Positions 24,382 to 38,062 of a DNA stretch of 64,000 bases are shown one piece after another. Source of the DNA: Octopus sinensis (Eukaryota); contig NC_042999.1 of the NCBI RefSeq assembly GCF_006345805.1, positions 114,700,001 through 114,764,000 on the forward strand. Direction: 5' to 3'. The stretch's first letter is position 1. Every line of letters starts with the position of its first letter. The position numbers and the translations under genes were made by a program. The notes under the pieces were generated by a model, which worked only from the letters and a program-made list of their open reading frames with translations, was not told the origin of the DNA and did no database searches.

Positions 24382-25527
24382 GAATGCAAAGGCATTTAAA
24401 TCGATCGTTGCATTAAATTCTTCAAGAGAGAGACTCCTCATACCGATTTATCATAGATGCAGCGTTTTAAATTACTTTCTATTTTTAATCTGTCTGACAT
24501 ATTTTTATTATTTATTTTTTTTCCTCTCTTCTCACCGAACTAATAGAGATATTAACATTGAATTTCTGAGAAATAGATTGAAGGAATATATTGTGCGACA
24601 ATAACGAAATCAATGGGTATTGATCTGCTACGGAGCTGTGATGTACCACTTCCAGTACGGCAGATTTACAATATGAAAATTGGCACCAGAATTGTTGTTG
24701 TTATTGTTGTTGTTGATGATGTATAGATTCAGATCAGCATTAATCGAAAAGATCTATAATCGATGATGTTCCAACCGTGACTAGCTCGGCACCTTTTCTC
24801 TTGGTTACATTTTCCAATCTGTTCTTCTTAAGACAATACTGACCCCCAAATTGTGTCTGGTACTCATTCGCATCATAAAGGGAGAAAGCTGAAGTCGACC
24901 CGGGGATAAAGGGATGTAACTGCTGTAGGAAGAGACTATCACAGACTATTTGTGTTGGACGCATGTTTTTCATCCCACGCGGCATACTCTTGTCTGTTAC
25001 TGCCCTTAAGCGATGCTTTTCATCAGCATCATTCAAGTAGTTGGCAGCCGAACTTCTCCTCTACCAATAGCAGCTTTTATAATTAATTATGGTCCTTTTT
25101 CGGATGGCTAGTCCTAGCCTTCAGCAGGATTTTATTTGAATCTCTTGATGAAATTTGAACTTAAAAACGCAAAGAGTTAGAACAGACACTGCGAAACATC
25201 TCAACCAACGATCTCATTATGCACCAATCTAACGTCTCTGGAGGAGTACACTGTTTATTGAACGCGAAAATAGGAAAGTTGACAAGTTGACCTCGACGGG
25301 ATTTGAACTCAGAGTGCAAAGACTTCGAACTTCTTTACCAATACACACAGTTTCTGTCTCCCACTACCTACTCACAAAAATAAAAAAAGACATTTATCGA
25401 AAGTGCAGGGCAGTTGAAATCGAACTAGAAAACTCAGTGGCTTGTGGTTGCGAAGTGAACTTCTTCCTTAACCATGCAGCTATTCCTGCGTTGTCTCAGT
25501 TGCTTCTAATATAGTCGGTACAGGAAA

Positions 25528-25740
25528 GGCGTCGAGCAGGCAGAATCGTCGGCACGCCGGGTAAAACTCTTATCGGCATTTCGTCCGTTTGTATGTTCTG
25601 ATCTCAAGTTCCGCAGCGATCGACTTTGACTCTCATCTTTTCGGGGTCGATAAAATAAGTACCAGTTGATCACTGGAGTCGATACAATCGACTCCCCTCT
25701 TCCCCCTAAATTACTGGCTTTGTGCCAAAATTTGTAACCA
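25528..25740 (+). mobile_element. SINE family B
   Basis: Head GGCGTCGAGCAGGCAGAATCGTC, core TCATCTTTTCGGGGTCGATAAAATAAGTACCAGTT, tail GCTTTGTGCCAAAATTTG. Confidence 0.85.
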
Positions 25741-25759
25741 ATGTAGTAGGTACAGGGAA

Positions 25760-25945
25760 GGCGGCGAGCTGGTAGAATCGTTAACACACCGGGAAAAATG
25801 CTTAGCGCCATATTGTCCGTCCTTACATTCTGAGTTCAAACACCGTCGTAGTCGACTTTCCTTTCATCCTTTCAGGTTGAGTAATGAGATTGATATAATC
25901 GACTAATGCCCTCTCCCAAAATTGCTGGCCTTGTGCAAAACTTGA
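25760..25945 (+). mobile_element. SINE family B
   Basis: Head GGCGGCGAGCTGGTAGAATCGTTA (A box) and GAGTTCAAACA (B box). Confidence 0.85.
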
Positions 25946-25961
25946 AGCTTCTAATAGTATT

Positions 25962-26171
25962 ATTTTCTGCTCTAGATACAAGGCCCGACATTTGGGGGGA
26001 GGGGCCAGTCTATTAGATCGATCCCAGTATGCAACTGGTGCTTAATTTCTTGACTCCGAAAAGATGAAAGGCAAAGTCGACCTCGGCGGAATTTGAACTC
26101 AGAACATAAAGACAGACGAAATATCGCTAAGCATTTTGCCCAGCATGCTAATGTTTCTGCCAGCTCGCCGC
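25962..26171 (-). mobile_element. SINE family B, full length
   Basis: Reverse complement of the family B consensus from the tail (TTCTGCTCTAGATACAAGGCCCG) to the head (CTGCCAGCTCGCCGC). Confidence 0.88.
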
Positions 26172-27005
26172 GTTTGAGGCCCCCAATAGTAGACACAGAT
26201 CCTTGCGAGTTGGGTGTTAGTCGATTGAATTCACCCTAGTATTTGACTGGTATCACTTTTCATCGCCCCCGAAATGAGCATAAGGCCAACAATTTTAAAG
26301 GAAATGGGTTAGTGAATTACCAATATTTGACTGTTACTTTATCATATCTAATTTGAGAGGATAAATTAGAAAGTTGACCATGGCGAGATTTGAAATCAGA
26401 ACGTAACGAACCAGAAGACATGCTGCTTGGTATTTTGCCCAACGCTCTAACGATTCTGCCAACTCAGTGTTTGTGTCTATTTCATAATACACACTACTTA
26501 CTCAGCCTGCAGTCTGTTAGCGAGACAGGTTTCCTTCTTTTTCTTTTTCTTTCTTTCTTTGTCCCTTTCTTTCTTTCTTTCTTTCTTTTTTTTTTTAGAA
26601 TAGCTTTAGATTACTTGCAAATCTAATTAACGAATGTCTTATTGCGCTAATTGCATGGTGGTAAAAAGAAAACAAACAAATAAACAAAAAGCAAGTAAGC
26701 AAAAAAAAAAGAAAGAAAAGAAAACCACCAAATAAGGCAACCATTCGGAGCAAGCAACTAGTATTAGTATGGATGAAGGCGAAGTGATTTGTTACAGTTG
26801 AGTATAACAATATATCGGACTATAATGGCTATTAAGCCTATTAGAACGGCCATCAATCATGAAGACTTAATCAGTCATTCTGTGCATATAATCACAGATA
26901 TGTTTATGCTTTTTAATGTCTCCGCTTTGCAAACCGTCATTTCTTTTCAATGAAAAAGATAAAAACAGAATTCATTCAATTAATAATAAATTCTCATTCA
27001 CTGGT

Positions 27006-27295
27006 TTCTTCTTCTTCTTCTTCTTCTTCTTCTTCTTCTTCTTCTTCTTCTTCTTCTTCTTCTTCTTCTTCTTCTTCTTCATCTTCTTCTCCTCCTCCTC
27101 CTCCTCCTCCTTCTTTCTCATATCCCTCTCTTCTATCTCCTCGATCACAGTATATTTCTCCAACTCTTTCTTTCTGTACCTCCTCTTCTCTTTTTGTTTT
27201 CCCATTGTGGATGTCATTTGCAGCAGCAGCAGAAGCAGTAGTAGTAGTAGTAGTAGTGGTGGTTGGTGGTGGTGGTGGTGGTGGTAGTAGTAGTG

Positions 27296-27333
<38 letters not shown>

Positions 27334-27335
27334 TG
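27006..27335 (+). repeat. compound (TTC)n, (CCT)n, (GTA)n/(GGT)n microsatellites
   Basis: Read directly. These tracts explain the poly-S/F/E/K ORFs. Confidence 0.95.
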
Positions 27336-27458
27336 GTGCTTCATTTTAAATATTGCTAGATAACCTGGATTCATTGCCTTGTGGTACACAGTATATGGTT
27401 TCTTTCATTCATTCATTCATGTTTCTGTCTTTCTTTCTTTCTCCTCTCTCTCTCTCTT

Positions 27459-27493
<35 letters not shown>

Positions 27494-28199
27494 CCAGTTT
27501 CAAATTTTGTTTGGGTGGATTTCGTTTTTATCATTGAAGGGTATCAAATAAATATACCAGCCTTGGATTGCAGATCAAACCCGCATCTGCACGAAAAAAT
27601 GTAGACCTTGAGTGTGAACACTTATGGAACTTGCATGATGTTCTAAGTTAGAATGATTGTGGAGGATCTATTATGTGTAGGGTCACAGGAGATGAGGCAC
27701 CTCGAGATGTGTCTAAGAAGATAAATTGAGTAAGAAAACTACCAAGAATATTTGAGTGTGCGACTCGCTATAACAGATAACAATAATTGTTTCTAACTGG
27801 CCCAGAACCAGATATTTTGTAGAAAGTCGTCATTCTGTACTTGACTGTTACTTTATTTCATCGACACCAAATGAATGAAAGACATAGTTTAATCTCGGCA
27901 GCATTTGAACTCCGAATGTAAAAAAGACTTAACTAAATACCAAGAGGTATTTTCTTCGACGTCCGAACGATTCTGCCAATCTAAGGCTTAACATAATAGC
28001 TCTTTCTAGACCTAGCATACAGCTTGAAATTGTTTTTTTCTTATGGGGAAGGAGCTAGTTAGATCACATCGACATGAAAAGCAAAGTTAGCCTCCGCGAA
28101 TTTGAACTCAGAACATAAAGAGTCGGAACAAATAACGCAATCCATGTTGTCAGACACATTAACCATTCTGGTAAACCACCATCTTATAGATGCTATGAA

Positions 28200-28395
28200 A
28201 AATGGCTTCAAATTTTGGCACAAGGCCAGCAATTTAATGAGAGGGACTAAGTCTATTATATCGACCCCAGTGCTTAACTGGTACTTATTTTATCAACACT
28301 GAAATGATGAAAGGCAAAGTGGACTTCGACGGAATTTTAATTCAGAACGTAAAGACAGATAAAATGCTATTAATCGTTCTCCCCTGCGTGCTAAC
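28200..28395 (-). mobile_element. SINE family B
   Basis: TTTTGGCACAAGGCCAGCAATTT...GATGAAAGGCAAAGTGGACTTCGACGGAATTT is family B in reverse complement. Further decayed copies lie at 27810-27990 and 28070-28170. Confidence 0.78.
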
Positions 28396-28474
28396 GATTC
28401 TACCAGCTTACCGTTTTAGATGCCATGTAATAAGAACAATAATAATAATCCTTTCTACTAAAGGTACAAGGCCT

Positions 28475-28620
28475 GAGATTGAAATAGAATGCCCGGTAGA
28501 TTTCCTACAGAAAGTTTGTCGCTTAGGGACAGCGAGAATTATCAGGAGGGTTCTAAGCACTTGAAAGACTGCTGAGAACTTGTAGATACCTAAGGTTACG
28601 GGTAGTAACCCACTAACCAC
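28475..28620 (+). mobile_element. REL-endonuclease LINE (R4/NeSL-like): ORF C-terminus and 3' UTR
   Basis: FLQKVCRLGTARIIRRVLST* matches the LQK..LLGTARI.R.VL terminus of REL-type non-LTR elements. Confidence 0.72.
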
Positions 28621-28681
28621 ATAATTCATACCAGGAATAAGACCGAACCTGAGCCAAACCAAAATATAAATAATAATAAAA

Positions 28682-28925
28682 GCTGAAGGAGGAAATGTAA
28701 CAATTCTTTCGGACTTTCCAGTACATTCAGACAGAACCACTAAAGTTAATAAACCGGATACTGCTATGAAAAACCATGCGTATTCCTTGTGATTATAATA
28801 TCTCGGCAAAAGAATTTGACAAGCTCAGAAAATATTAAAATTTGCTTACTGAAATAGAAAAATTGTGGCATTCCAAAGCAGTTACAATACCGGTGATTGT
28901 AAGAGCAGTTGGAATGATCAAAGAA
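28682..28925 (+). mobile_element. REL-endonuclease LINE (R4/Dong-like): endonuclease domain remnant
   Basis: VTILSDFPVHSDRTTKVNKPD.. / PCDYNISAKEFDKLRKY*NL.TEIEKLWH.KAVTIPVIV.AVGMIK fits the ILWDF...TD.....N.PD...KE.EK..KY..L..EI..LW......P.IVG.LG pattern. Confidence 0.82.
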
Positions 28926-29837
28926 TGGAGATGAAAGTAATTTGAGAATGATGGCTGGTTTATTTTTTGTTTCTTTTACAATCTCGTTGTGTCTGTATTT
29001 TCCTTCAGGCAGTTTTAGACAGTTAATTAGCGCTTTCAGGCAAGTAGAGTTATGTCGGTTACTTAAAAGTACAAAACAATTCCTAACCCGTAACCGAAAC
29101 TTATGACCTTCGTGTCGAATGGCTGATACTATTTGCAATTTCGGACAATAGAAGAAATTTAAATAAATAAATATAAAAATAGAGAAAAGAAAGAAAGAAA
29201 ATAGATCACTGGATTCATAATTTAACCTGCTCGTTGTATAAAAGGGAGCATTTACTGTGAACTGGCAATAATATATGAACTTCAGAAAAATAGAGATTTC
29301 TGGCAAATTTCACCCTCGTCCCCTCTCTGTATAATACATTTCAAGGACTCCAAGGCATTTGCAGATCCCAGATTGTGAAGCGTTGTGATTGGAAACAGAG
29401 TGGCGAGATCAATATTAAGATTAAATTATATGTTTGGAGCCAGGAAGGTTTCACTTTCAGCGCTCAAGGGAGATAAAGTAATTAATATAATGGAATGCTG
29501 TGCTAGGCTTGTAGAAAGAAAGTCCCAGTGAACAGGTCGTGTCCTGTCAGAATGGCTGGACAACTGGGTCTTTGAGTCCGGTAGAAGCAGGTTGAAAAAT
29601 GGGTTTTCATGTTTAGAGAAGAGAAAGCAATATAGACAAAAGGAGAGAGAGAGAGAGAAGTTATGGGTTGGTACTTTGGAGTTCATAATGTGATTGTATT
29701 GAATTTCCTATGTAGGAGCGTCTTCATTTCTTGCTCTTTTTTGTTTTGTTTTTGTATCATCGATGTCTGCTGCTAGTAGTGATGTACCTCATGGCATCAT
29801 GCTGCAATAATTCTTGCTCTGCGTAACTTCCCTAATA

Positions 29838-30051
29838 ATCCTTTCAACTAAAGGCACATGGCCTGAAATTTTGGGAGAAGGGACAAGTCGATTACAACGA
29901 CCCCAGTGTTTCACTGGAACTTAATTTATCAACCCTGAGAAGATTAAAGGCAAAGTTGACCTCGGCGGAATTTGAACTCAGAACTTGGCGACGGGTAAAA
30001 TACCGCTAAGCATTTTGTTCAACGTGCTAACAATTCTGCTAGCTCGTCGCC
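29838..30051 (-). mobile_element. SINE family B, full length
   Basis: Reverse complement of the consensus from the tail (AATAATCCTTTCAACTAAAGGCAC) to the head (CTGCTAGCTCGTCGCC). Confidence 0.86.
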
Positions 30052-31692
30052 TTTGTCCCACCTTAATAATAGTCATGATATTTGGTCTATTTGGTCTCAT
30101 ATTTGAATGCCTAAAGTATTACACACACACACAAACACACACACACACACACACAGATAGATGGAATAGATGGATAAATGTAGATATAATTTAACAACCC
30201 TCACATTAACACATATACGCGTACACATATATCTATGCACACACACACATATCTGTTCATGTATACGGATATATGCATCTTTGCATGCAGCATATTTAAA
30301 CGAATAAGTGCTTGTCAAACGGATTTGGGAGCAGACGGACGGACATACAGCCTGAAAAAGAGAGATAGATAAATAGATTAAAAAAAATATTTTTAACGAA
30401 AGAATAAAGCAGGACAGACTGACCGACAGGCAAACAGACAGGCAGGCAGACAGGCAAGCAAGCAAGCTAGCTGATCGGTAATGTGCAAAATTATTTTCGC
30501 TGTATGATATTTTCTTGTGAAGCTATGGAAAACATCAAACACCAACAAATGCTTTTGGAAAATGAGAGGAGAAAATGGCTGAAAATGATGGAACGACACA
30601 TATTAGCAATTGCCGGAAGGAAGGCTGTGTAGGAAAGAAAAGGAAAACGAAAGGCAAGTGGTAAATAAAAAGAAAATGGAAGAAGGAGAATAGATAATCG
30701 AGGAAATAAACAGCAAGAATTGCTCGGAATCGGAATCAAGGAATAGAAGTGAAGAGATAAGTTAATAAAAGACCAGAGAAGCTCTATACGAACTAATTGC
30801 CATCTTTAAATAAATCCAATTTAGTGAATAATAAAGTAGTTTGCCACAGGAGTCGTTACAAATCATGTTCCATTGAGGCTCCTTTGTGGTGTACGTGTGA
30901 GTGTGTGTGTGGGGGGGGAGGATATGTGTATGGATGTGTGTGGGTGAATATGTGAGTGAGTGTGTGTGTTTGTGTGAATCTCTGTACATGGGTGGTTGTG
31001 TAGGATTGTGCGTGCACGTGTGTTTTCATATATGCATGTGTATATGTCTGTATGCGCGTTGTGTATTCATATATATATATATAAGTGTGTATTATGTATG
31101 CATGTATGTACACGCACACACACATATAGAATATTTTTGCACGTGCAACAATGTGTGTCTGTGAGCATGCTCAGCGTCATTTACACGTGTGTGTGTGTGT
31201 GTGTGGTGTGTGTGTATGTGTGTGTGTGTGTGTGTATAAGAGTGCCTGCGTATGTCTGGGGTTATATGCACGCAAAACTGACTATAGACGCAAGCGCGGC
31301 CAAATGGTTAAGAATTTTACTTCGCTTCGCACTCATGAGGTCGTGAGATCGATTCCACTATATAACATCTTCGGGCACTTAATCTTTGTCCTCGGAGATT
31401 GCTTAAGAATTTCGTCAAAGTTACAAATCTCCATGAAATACTCAATCATTTTCATTATGTAACTCAGTCGAACAATATGAAATACTCTTTGCTAAAACCG
31501 ACGGAAATCCATTTATTTATGCATAACTGTATACCTCTTTTAATTGTGTCAGCCACTGCAATAGTTGATCATCCCGACCCGAGTACTTATTTTCAGGTCT
31601 TACTTATTTTATCAGTTTCTTTTATTGAACCGATAATGTCAACATAAGCAAGCCAACACTGGTAAAACACATATATGGGGTAAAACATACAC

Positions 31693-31752
<60 letters not shown>

Positions 31753-32549
31753 CACAAACACGACACAAACACACACACGCAAGCCATATTAGTAAGAAAT
31801 TTGTCTTCCAACTACATGGTTCTGGGCTCAGTCCCAATGCGTGGCACTTTGGGCAAATACCTCTTCTCCTAGGCCCCTGGGCCGACCAAAGCCTTTTAAG
31901 TGTATTTGGTAGATGGAAAGTGAAGGAAGCTAGTCGTATATATATATATATATTACCCTCGGGGGCGTTAGTGTTGGTATATTCGTGAATAAGTCACTAA
32001 CCGAAATATGTGGATCTATTGTTTAGGAAAATACTATTTACTTGTTTAACCGTTGTACAGGTTAAATTGCGAAAATAACTCAAATACTCCAAATACTAAG
32101 AAATAAGCATATTCAATTTGAGTTATACAAAATAATTTACGAACATGAATGGGTTATTTTCCTTGACTATATATAAGGATCCCTTTCGGGAGCGAATGGA
32201 TTATTTCCCTTGGATGTTTAAAAATAATATATTAGTTATATGTAGTAGATATAAGAATCCCTTCCAGTTGCCCTATTATCGATTATATTCAACAATCTAA
32301 GTATGTCACTGGTTTTCCAGACATGAGTTCTACTCACGTGTCATGTTTCATCAAAATCCATAATACGATGTAGGAGGAGTTAGATAACAACGCCACAAAC
32401 AAACGCACCCACAGATTTCCACATATGTAGTAGATATACATGTGTTTGTGTGTGTGTATGTGTGTGTGTGTGTTGTGTGTGTATTGTGTGAGCATGCGCG
32501 TTTGTATTTGTGTTTGTCCCCACCGCAAATTTTATTTTAGACCATTTTA

Positions 32550-32763
32550 TTTGGACCATTTTATTTTGAGGGCTCTGTAACGGGTGATTCGTATCTGGAC
32601 ATGCTTGGCAACAAGATGATGCCTCTCGTGCATTCACTTGGAAGGGGAAACCCTGTCTAGCTTCAGCAGGATGCGGTTCCGCCCAATTATGCATTACAGG
32701 TTCGTGATTCTCTGAATGAACATTTTCCTTGGAAATGTCTCGGGCATCGCGGCCCAATTGAAT
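32550..32763 (+). mobile_element. Tc1/mariner superfamily DD41D (rosa-like) transposase fragment
   Basis: FGPFYFEGSVTGDSYLDML...LQQDAVPPNY..VRDSLNEHFPWKCLGHRGPIE matches the GPFFFEG.V.G..YL.ML...QQDGAPPH..VR..L...FP..WIGR.GPI pattern. Confidence 0.75.
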
Positions 32764-32904
32764 ATTTAGAGCTACATGGCCAACACTTTGAACATTTGTA
32801 ATGGATTACCTACTTTATTGCTAATAAAGCATATTTTGATATCTCCCATGGAGCGTGACTTTGTGGTCACCCTATATATATATATATATATATATGCACT
32901 TACG

Positions 32905-33068
32905 ACGGTCTTCTTTCGGATTCCATCTATCAAATCCACTCACAAGGCTTTGGTCGGCCTGGGGTTATATTAGAAGACATTTATTTACGCAAGGTACTAC
33001 GCAGCAGAACTGAACCAGGAACCATCTGGTTGAGAAACAAGCTTCTTACCAGACAGCCTCGCGTGTGC
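32905..33068 (-). mobile_element. SINE family A head
   Basis: CAAATCCACTCACAAGGCTTTGGTCGGCC...GAACTGAACCAGGAACCA is the head in reverse complement. Confidence 0.8.
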
Positions 33069-34555
33069 CTATGTTTGTCTATGTGTGTGTATAAAATTCT
33101 TAATGTGTATATAAGCTGTCATTCGACATACACCAGTGTGTACGTGAGGACTGAAATGTGTGCATATGTGTACTTCTGAATATACCACTAAGTATGGATG
33201 ATCATCCCACTTTGTATGAGCATCATCGTGTAAGCACGTATTTACACGCAAATGTGTGTCTATGTATGTATGGATGTATAAATATATATTGATATGTGTT
33301 CCTACACATATATGTGAGTGTACTTCAGTTATATTCTTCTTTTTTAATATTAGTGTGTATGTATGTATGTATATGTGAGCTTTGTACGTGTGTATGCATA
33401 GTGTATGCCTTTGCATTGGTTACCGTGCGTATATTTTGTCTGCGCATGAGTATGTGCTTGTGTATGTTCGCCTGTGTAATGTGTATGTATGTCTGTATGT
33501 GTATGAGTGTGTATATACGTGCGTGTGTAGTTAACCGAATCAAAAGATTGCAATCGGATGAAATTGCAGTTCTACTTGATCCGCTGCAGGCATTTAACAG
33601 CTCATATTTGTATGAATTAACAGTGAAAGGTCGGCACTGTTGTTTGGCGTTTTATTCTCTCTCTTTTTTGTTTTTGTTGTTGTTGCTGTTTTGCTTGTTG
33701 TTGTTGTTGTCGTTGTTCTTGTTGTTTCCTTCCTTTCTTTCCACCCACCGATTGCTACAAACATCACTTTTCTAGTGAAACGCTTAGTTGAATTGATGCT
33801 GAGAGATAGAGTAGTGTTAGAAATACAGAACAAATACAGAGATATAAAGAGATACAGAGATGTAAAGCTATAGAGATATAAAGATATAGAGATGGATATA
33901 AATATAAATATAAATAGAGGGAGTGAAAGAGAGAGAGCTAGTCTTTATTGCAGCGATGCTGAACTATATATCGAGAATCTATCTATTCATTATCACTTAT
34001 CACCAACATTGGACATAAAGATATTAGAATAATTGAATAGTTAAATTCGATTAGGCTTTTACATAAAGACCGTGCGCCTGTGACGTAGCATTTCATCAAC
34101 ACGAATCAACACAACCAATCATCATCCAGAGATTAAACCTGCATTTTTAGATGAAAAAGATCGCAATTTGCTAATTTAATTTTCAATTTGGTCGCCATTA
34201 CTCGTTCGCATTGAACAGTGTAGAAGCGGTGGCTCTAAAGTCTTATTAGTATTCAGCGAAAAACGACAAGAAACGCTTCAGCTAGATTAAGCTATTAGCA
34301 TAAGAATACGTAAAGACGACGGTGAAGGAACGAAGGAAGGATAGAAAGAAGGAAGGAAGGAAGGAAAGAAAGAAAGAAAGAAAGAAGGAAAGAAGGAAGA
34401 AAGGTGGGAAGGAGGATGGCCACGATGTAGAGGGAACATGGAGGTGGAGGGCTGTTGGAGCGAAATGTGTTATAAATGTTTCGAATAGCTGAGTCAATGG
34501 CTACAGAAGCCGCCACTTCTACAACCGCCATTGCTGTCGTTATGAAGAGCCGCAA

Positions 34556-34720
34556 AAAGGAGGAGAAGAAGAAGAAGAAGAAGAAGAAGAGAAGAAGAAG
34601 AAGAAGAAGAAGAGAAGAAGAAGAAGAGAAGAAGAAGAAGAAGAAGAAGAAGAAGAATAGCAACAACAACAACAGCAGCAGTAGCAGCAGCAGCAGTACC
34701 ACCACCACCACCACCACCAA
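34556..34720 (+). repeat. compound (GAA)n-(CAA)n-(CAG)n-(CAC)n microsatellite
   Basis: Read directly from the sequence. Confidence 0.95.
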
Positions 34721-35089
34721 GAACAGATGTATAGTCTGATGCTATTTTTCCTCAGGCCGTGATCGTTCAAATTAGCAAATGAAAGCATCCCCTTGTGACC
34801 GATCTGAAAGTCGATGGGCGACCAATTAAAAGGAAGAACGTATCTTAGAAAGAACGGCGGAGTTCACCGTGAAAAGATGTATAGAATGCAGAGAGCATAG
34901 AGAGATATAAATAGAGAGATAAATCAGTACGTGAATATATATAGAGACGTGTGTGCGTTTCAACCTCTTTCCGTATATGTGTGTGTGTGTGTGTGTGTGG
35001 GTGTGGGTGCGTGTATGTGTATAAGCAGAGAGAGAGGTTTGGAAAGCTCTGATATAATTTGATAGATATGTGTGTGCGTATGTAAGCCA

Positions 35090-35121
<32 letters not shown>

Positions 35122-35156
35122 GTGTATGTATGTATTCCTCTCGCTCTTTCTTTCTC

Positions 35157-35244
<88 letters not shown>

Positions 35245-37381
35245 CTGGCAGAGAGACTGACAGACTGAAGCAGAGACAAAGAGTGGGATAAATATAAAAT
35301 CAGATAGATTGGAAAAGACACTACGTGTGATTTCGTGTTTGTGTATATGTATATATGTGTACGTATAAAAGTGTGTATGTGTGTGCTTTTGTGCCTGTGT
35401 GAGTGCACGTGCAAGGTAGATAGGTGAGTATGGAGAGAAGGAGAAAGATAGAGAGAGAGGGGGGAGAGAGAGAGAGAGCTGAGAAAAGTAAGAAAGTGAT
35501 TAGAGAAGAGTGATTGTATGAATGAGCGAATGAATCAGTGAATGAGAGGGGTGAGTAAGTGAGTGAATGAGTGAGTGAGTGAGTGAGTTAGAAAGAGAGA
35601 AACTGTAGAATAAAAGATCGACGAACTGGCATTCCCTTGCGATCTGAGAAGACGCTGTTTAGTATACAACAAAGTGACGTCGACGAAATAAAAACATTAG
35701 CTGGTTGAGCTTCGCCGCCATCATCGCGTTAGACCAGATTTGCAGAAGAATGAACGACAAGCGTCGTTCTCTTCTCATCATTCTCTAATTCACATCCAGC
35801 TTCCTTCACCTCTTTCTTTTCTTCTTTTGCTTTCTCTTCTATTTTCTCCTCTTATTCATACACCTCTTTTTCTCCTTTCTCTTCTACTTTTTCTTTTCCT
35901 CCGTCTCCGTCTTCTTTCTTTTCTTCTTCCTCTTCGTCTTTTCTCTTCTTCTTACTCCCTTCTTCCTCCTCCTCTGTTTCTTCTTCTTGTGCACCAGTTG
36001 GGATGTCAATAGAATACGGTAACGCTTTCAGAGATAGAGGTATAGAAGAGGGGGAGTGATGGAAGAAACTGCAGGATGGTGGTCGGGCAGGGGGAGTGAA
36101 ATCGGTTTAGATTATTTTGTGTTGTTATTTTTCAGGGTGTTTTATTGGGAGGAGGTGTATTGATTGGTCTTAATCTTGCCCTTAACGCAATCGTAGAAGA
36201 CATAAAATATATAAAAGTAAACAAAAAAAAAGAGAAATTACGAAGCAAAAACTCAAATGAAAAGATATGTGTGAATGTGTGTGAATGTATGTGTATGTGT
36301 GTGTGAGAGAGAGAGAGAGTGAGAGAGAGAGGAACAAAAATGGAGAAAGCAAGATACGAACAGAAAAGAAGAGATATAAGAAGAGAGAAGAAAGAGAGAA
36401 GTGATATGAATTTCTTTTGAGAAACAAACAAAACACACACACACACACACAACACACACACATGCACACATACACACACACACGTACACACACACACACG
36501 TACACTCACATACACGTACACTCACATACACACACATACACACGAAAGCAGGAAGGAAAGAAAGCAAAAAAAACAATGAAAAGATATGTGAGACAAGATA
36601 CAGAAGGAAACAGGCGGGAAAGAAAGACGAAAATGAAACAAGAAGAAGGAAGTGAGGGGAAATTCTTTGGTGGTGGAGAAATAACAACAAAAATATTGCA
36701 AGAGAACATGAAAAGACGAGCGTAAGAGAGAAAGCGGGAAAGGTGGAGAGAAAATACAGAGAGAGCGAGAGAGAAAAAGACAGAGAGGAGAACACAGTGA
36801 AAGAGAGAACGAGCAAGCGAGAGGGAGAGAGAGAGAAACAAAAGAGAGATAGAGAGAGAGGGAGGGAGGTTCGGTGGGTGGTTGACTAGAGAAAGTCTTC
36901 TGGGAAACACTATTGTGAAATTCGCTTTTTATTTGCCTCATTTTTCTTGCCAGCATTTGTCCTCGGTTAAATCCTCAACTAAGCTGTTTTTTCTCCAAAT
37001 CTCTGCCACATGATTAGTCTGATTTCCCACCATCTTCATCTTCTTCTTGCCAATGATACACTCACACACTATATGTGTTTGTGTGTTTTTTTGTTTGTTT
37101 TTATTTTTCTTTCTTTTTTTCTCTACATTTCTCTTTTTTTTTATTCTTGCTTTCATTTTGTTTTGTTTTTTTACTTCGTTTTCTCATTGATTTTCTTTGT
37201 CGATATACATATATACACGTGTGTGTGTGTGTGTGTGTGTGTGTATACACATTACACCATACATGTCTGTGTGTGTGTGTGTGTGTTTTTATGGATACAA
37301 AGATAGATAGATGCTATTTGTAGATATGTATAATTTGCTATATACATACATACACACATTGCTATGTACATGCGTGCATGT

Positions 37382-37428
<47 letters not shown>

Positions 37429-37741
37429 TGTGTGTGTGAAGTTTTTCTCATATCCAGTTCATTTCTTTCAGCGCATCATTATCACATAACACATACACAT
37501 ACATATGTGCATAGACACACACACATACACACAAAAGCGCACACAGTTCATATCAGTCACTTTCATCCGAGTTGCTTCAGCTATTGTGTACAAATAACAC
37601 CAAAATATCATTACAGCGTATACAAATACATTTCAAGTACTGTTATAATCAAACGATAAATTACTAAACGCACTGAAACTTCACTGAAAGATAAACACCA
37701 TTATCACAGAACACATAAACACCTACTAACATACACGCACA

Positions 37742-37783
<42 letters not shown>

Positions 37784-38000
37784 TACAGACATATATCATT
37801 TTTGTTCTCGTTTCACTTGCACGTGTTTTCAACTATAATTGGTATCGACCTACTTCAGGCCTAATTTTAGAGTTGTACTTACTTTATTGATCTCTACATA
37901 TCGAACGGCTATCTTACGATTTTCTGACATTAAAAGCTCCACTCAACCACAGTATGTCTGTGTATGCTTATATCAAACGTATATCACACACACACACACA

Positions 38001-38062
<62 letters not shown>

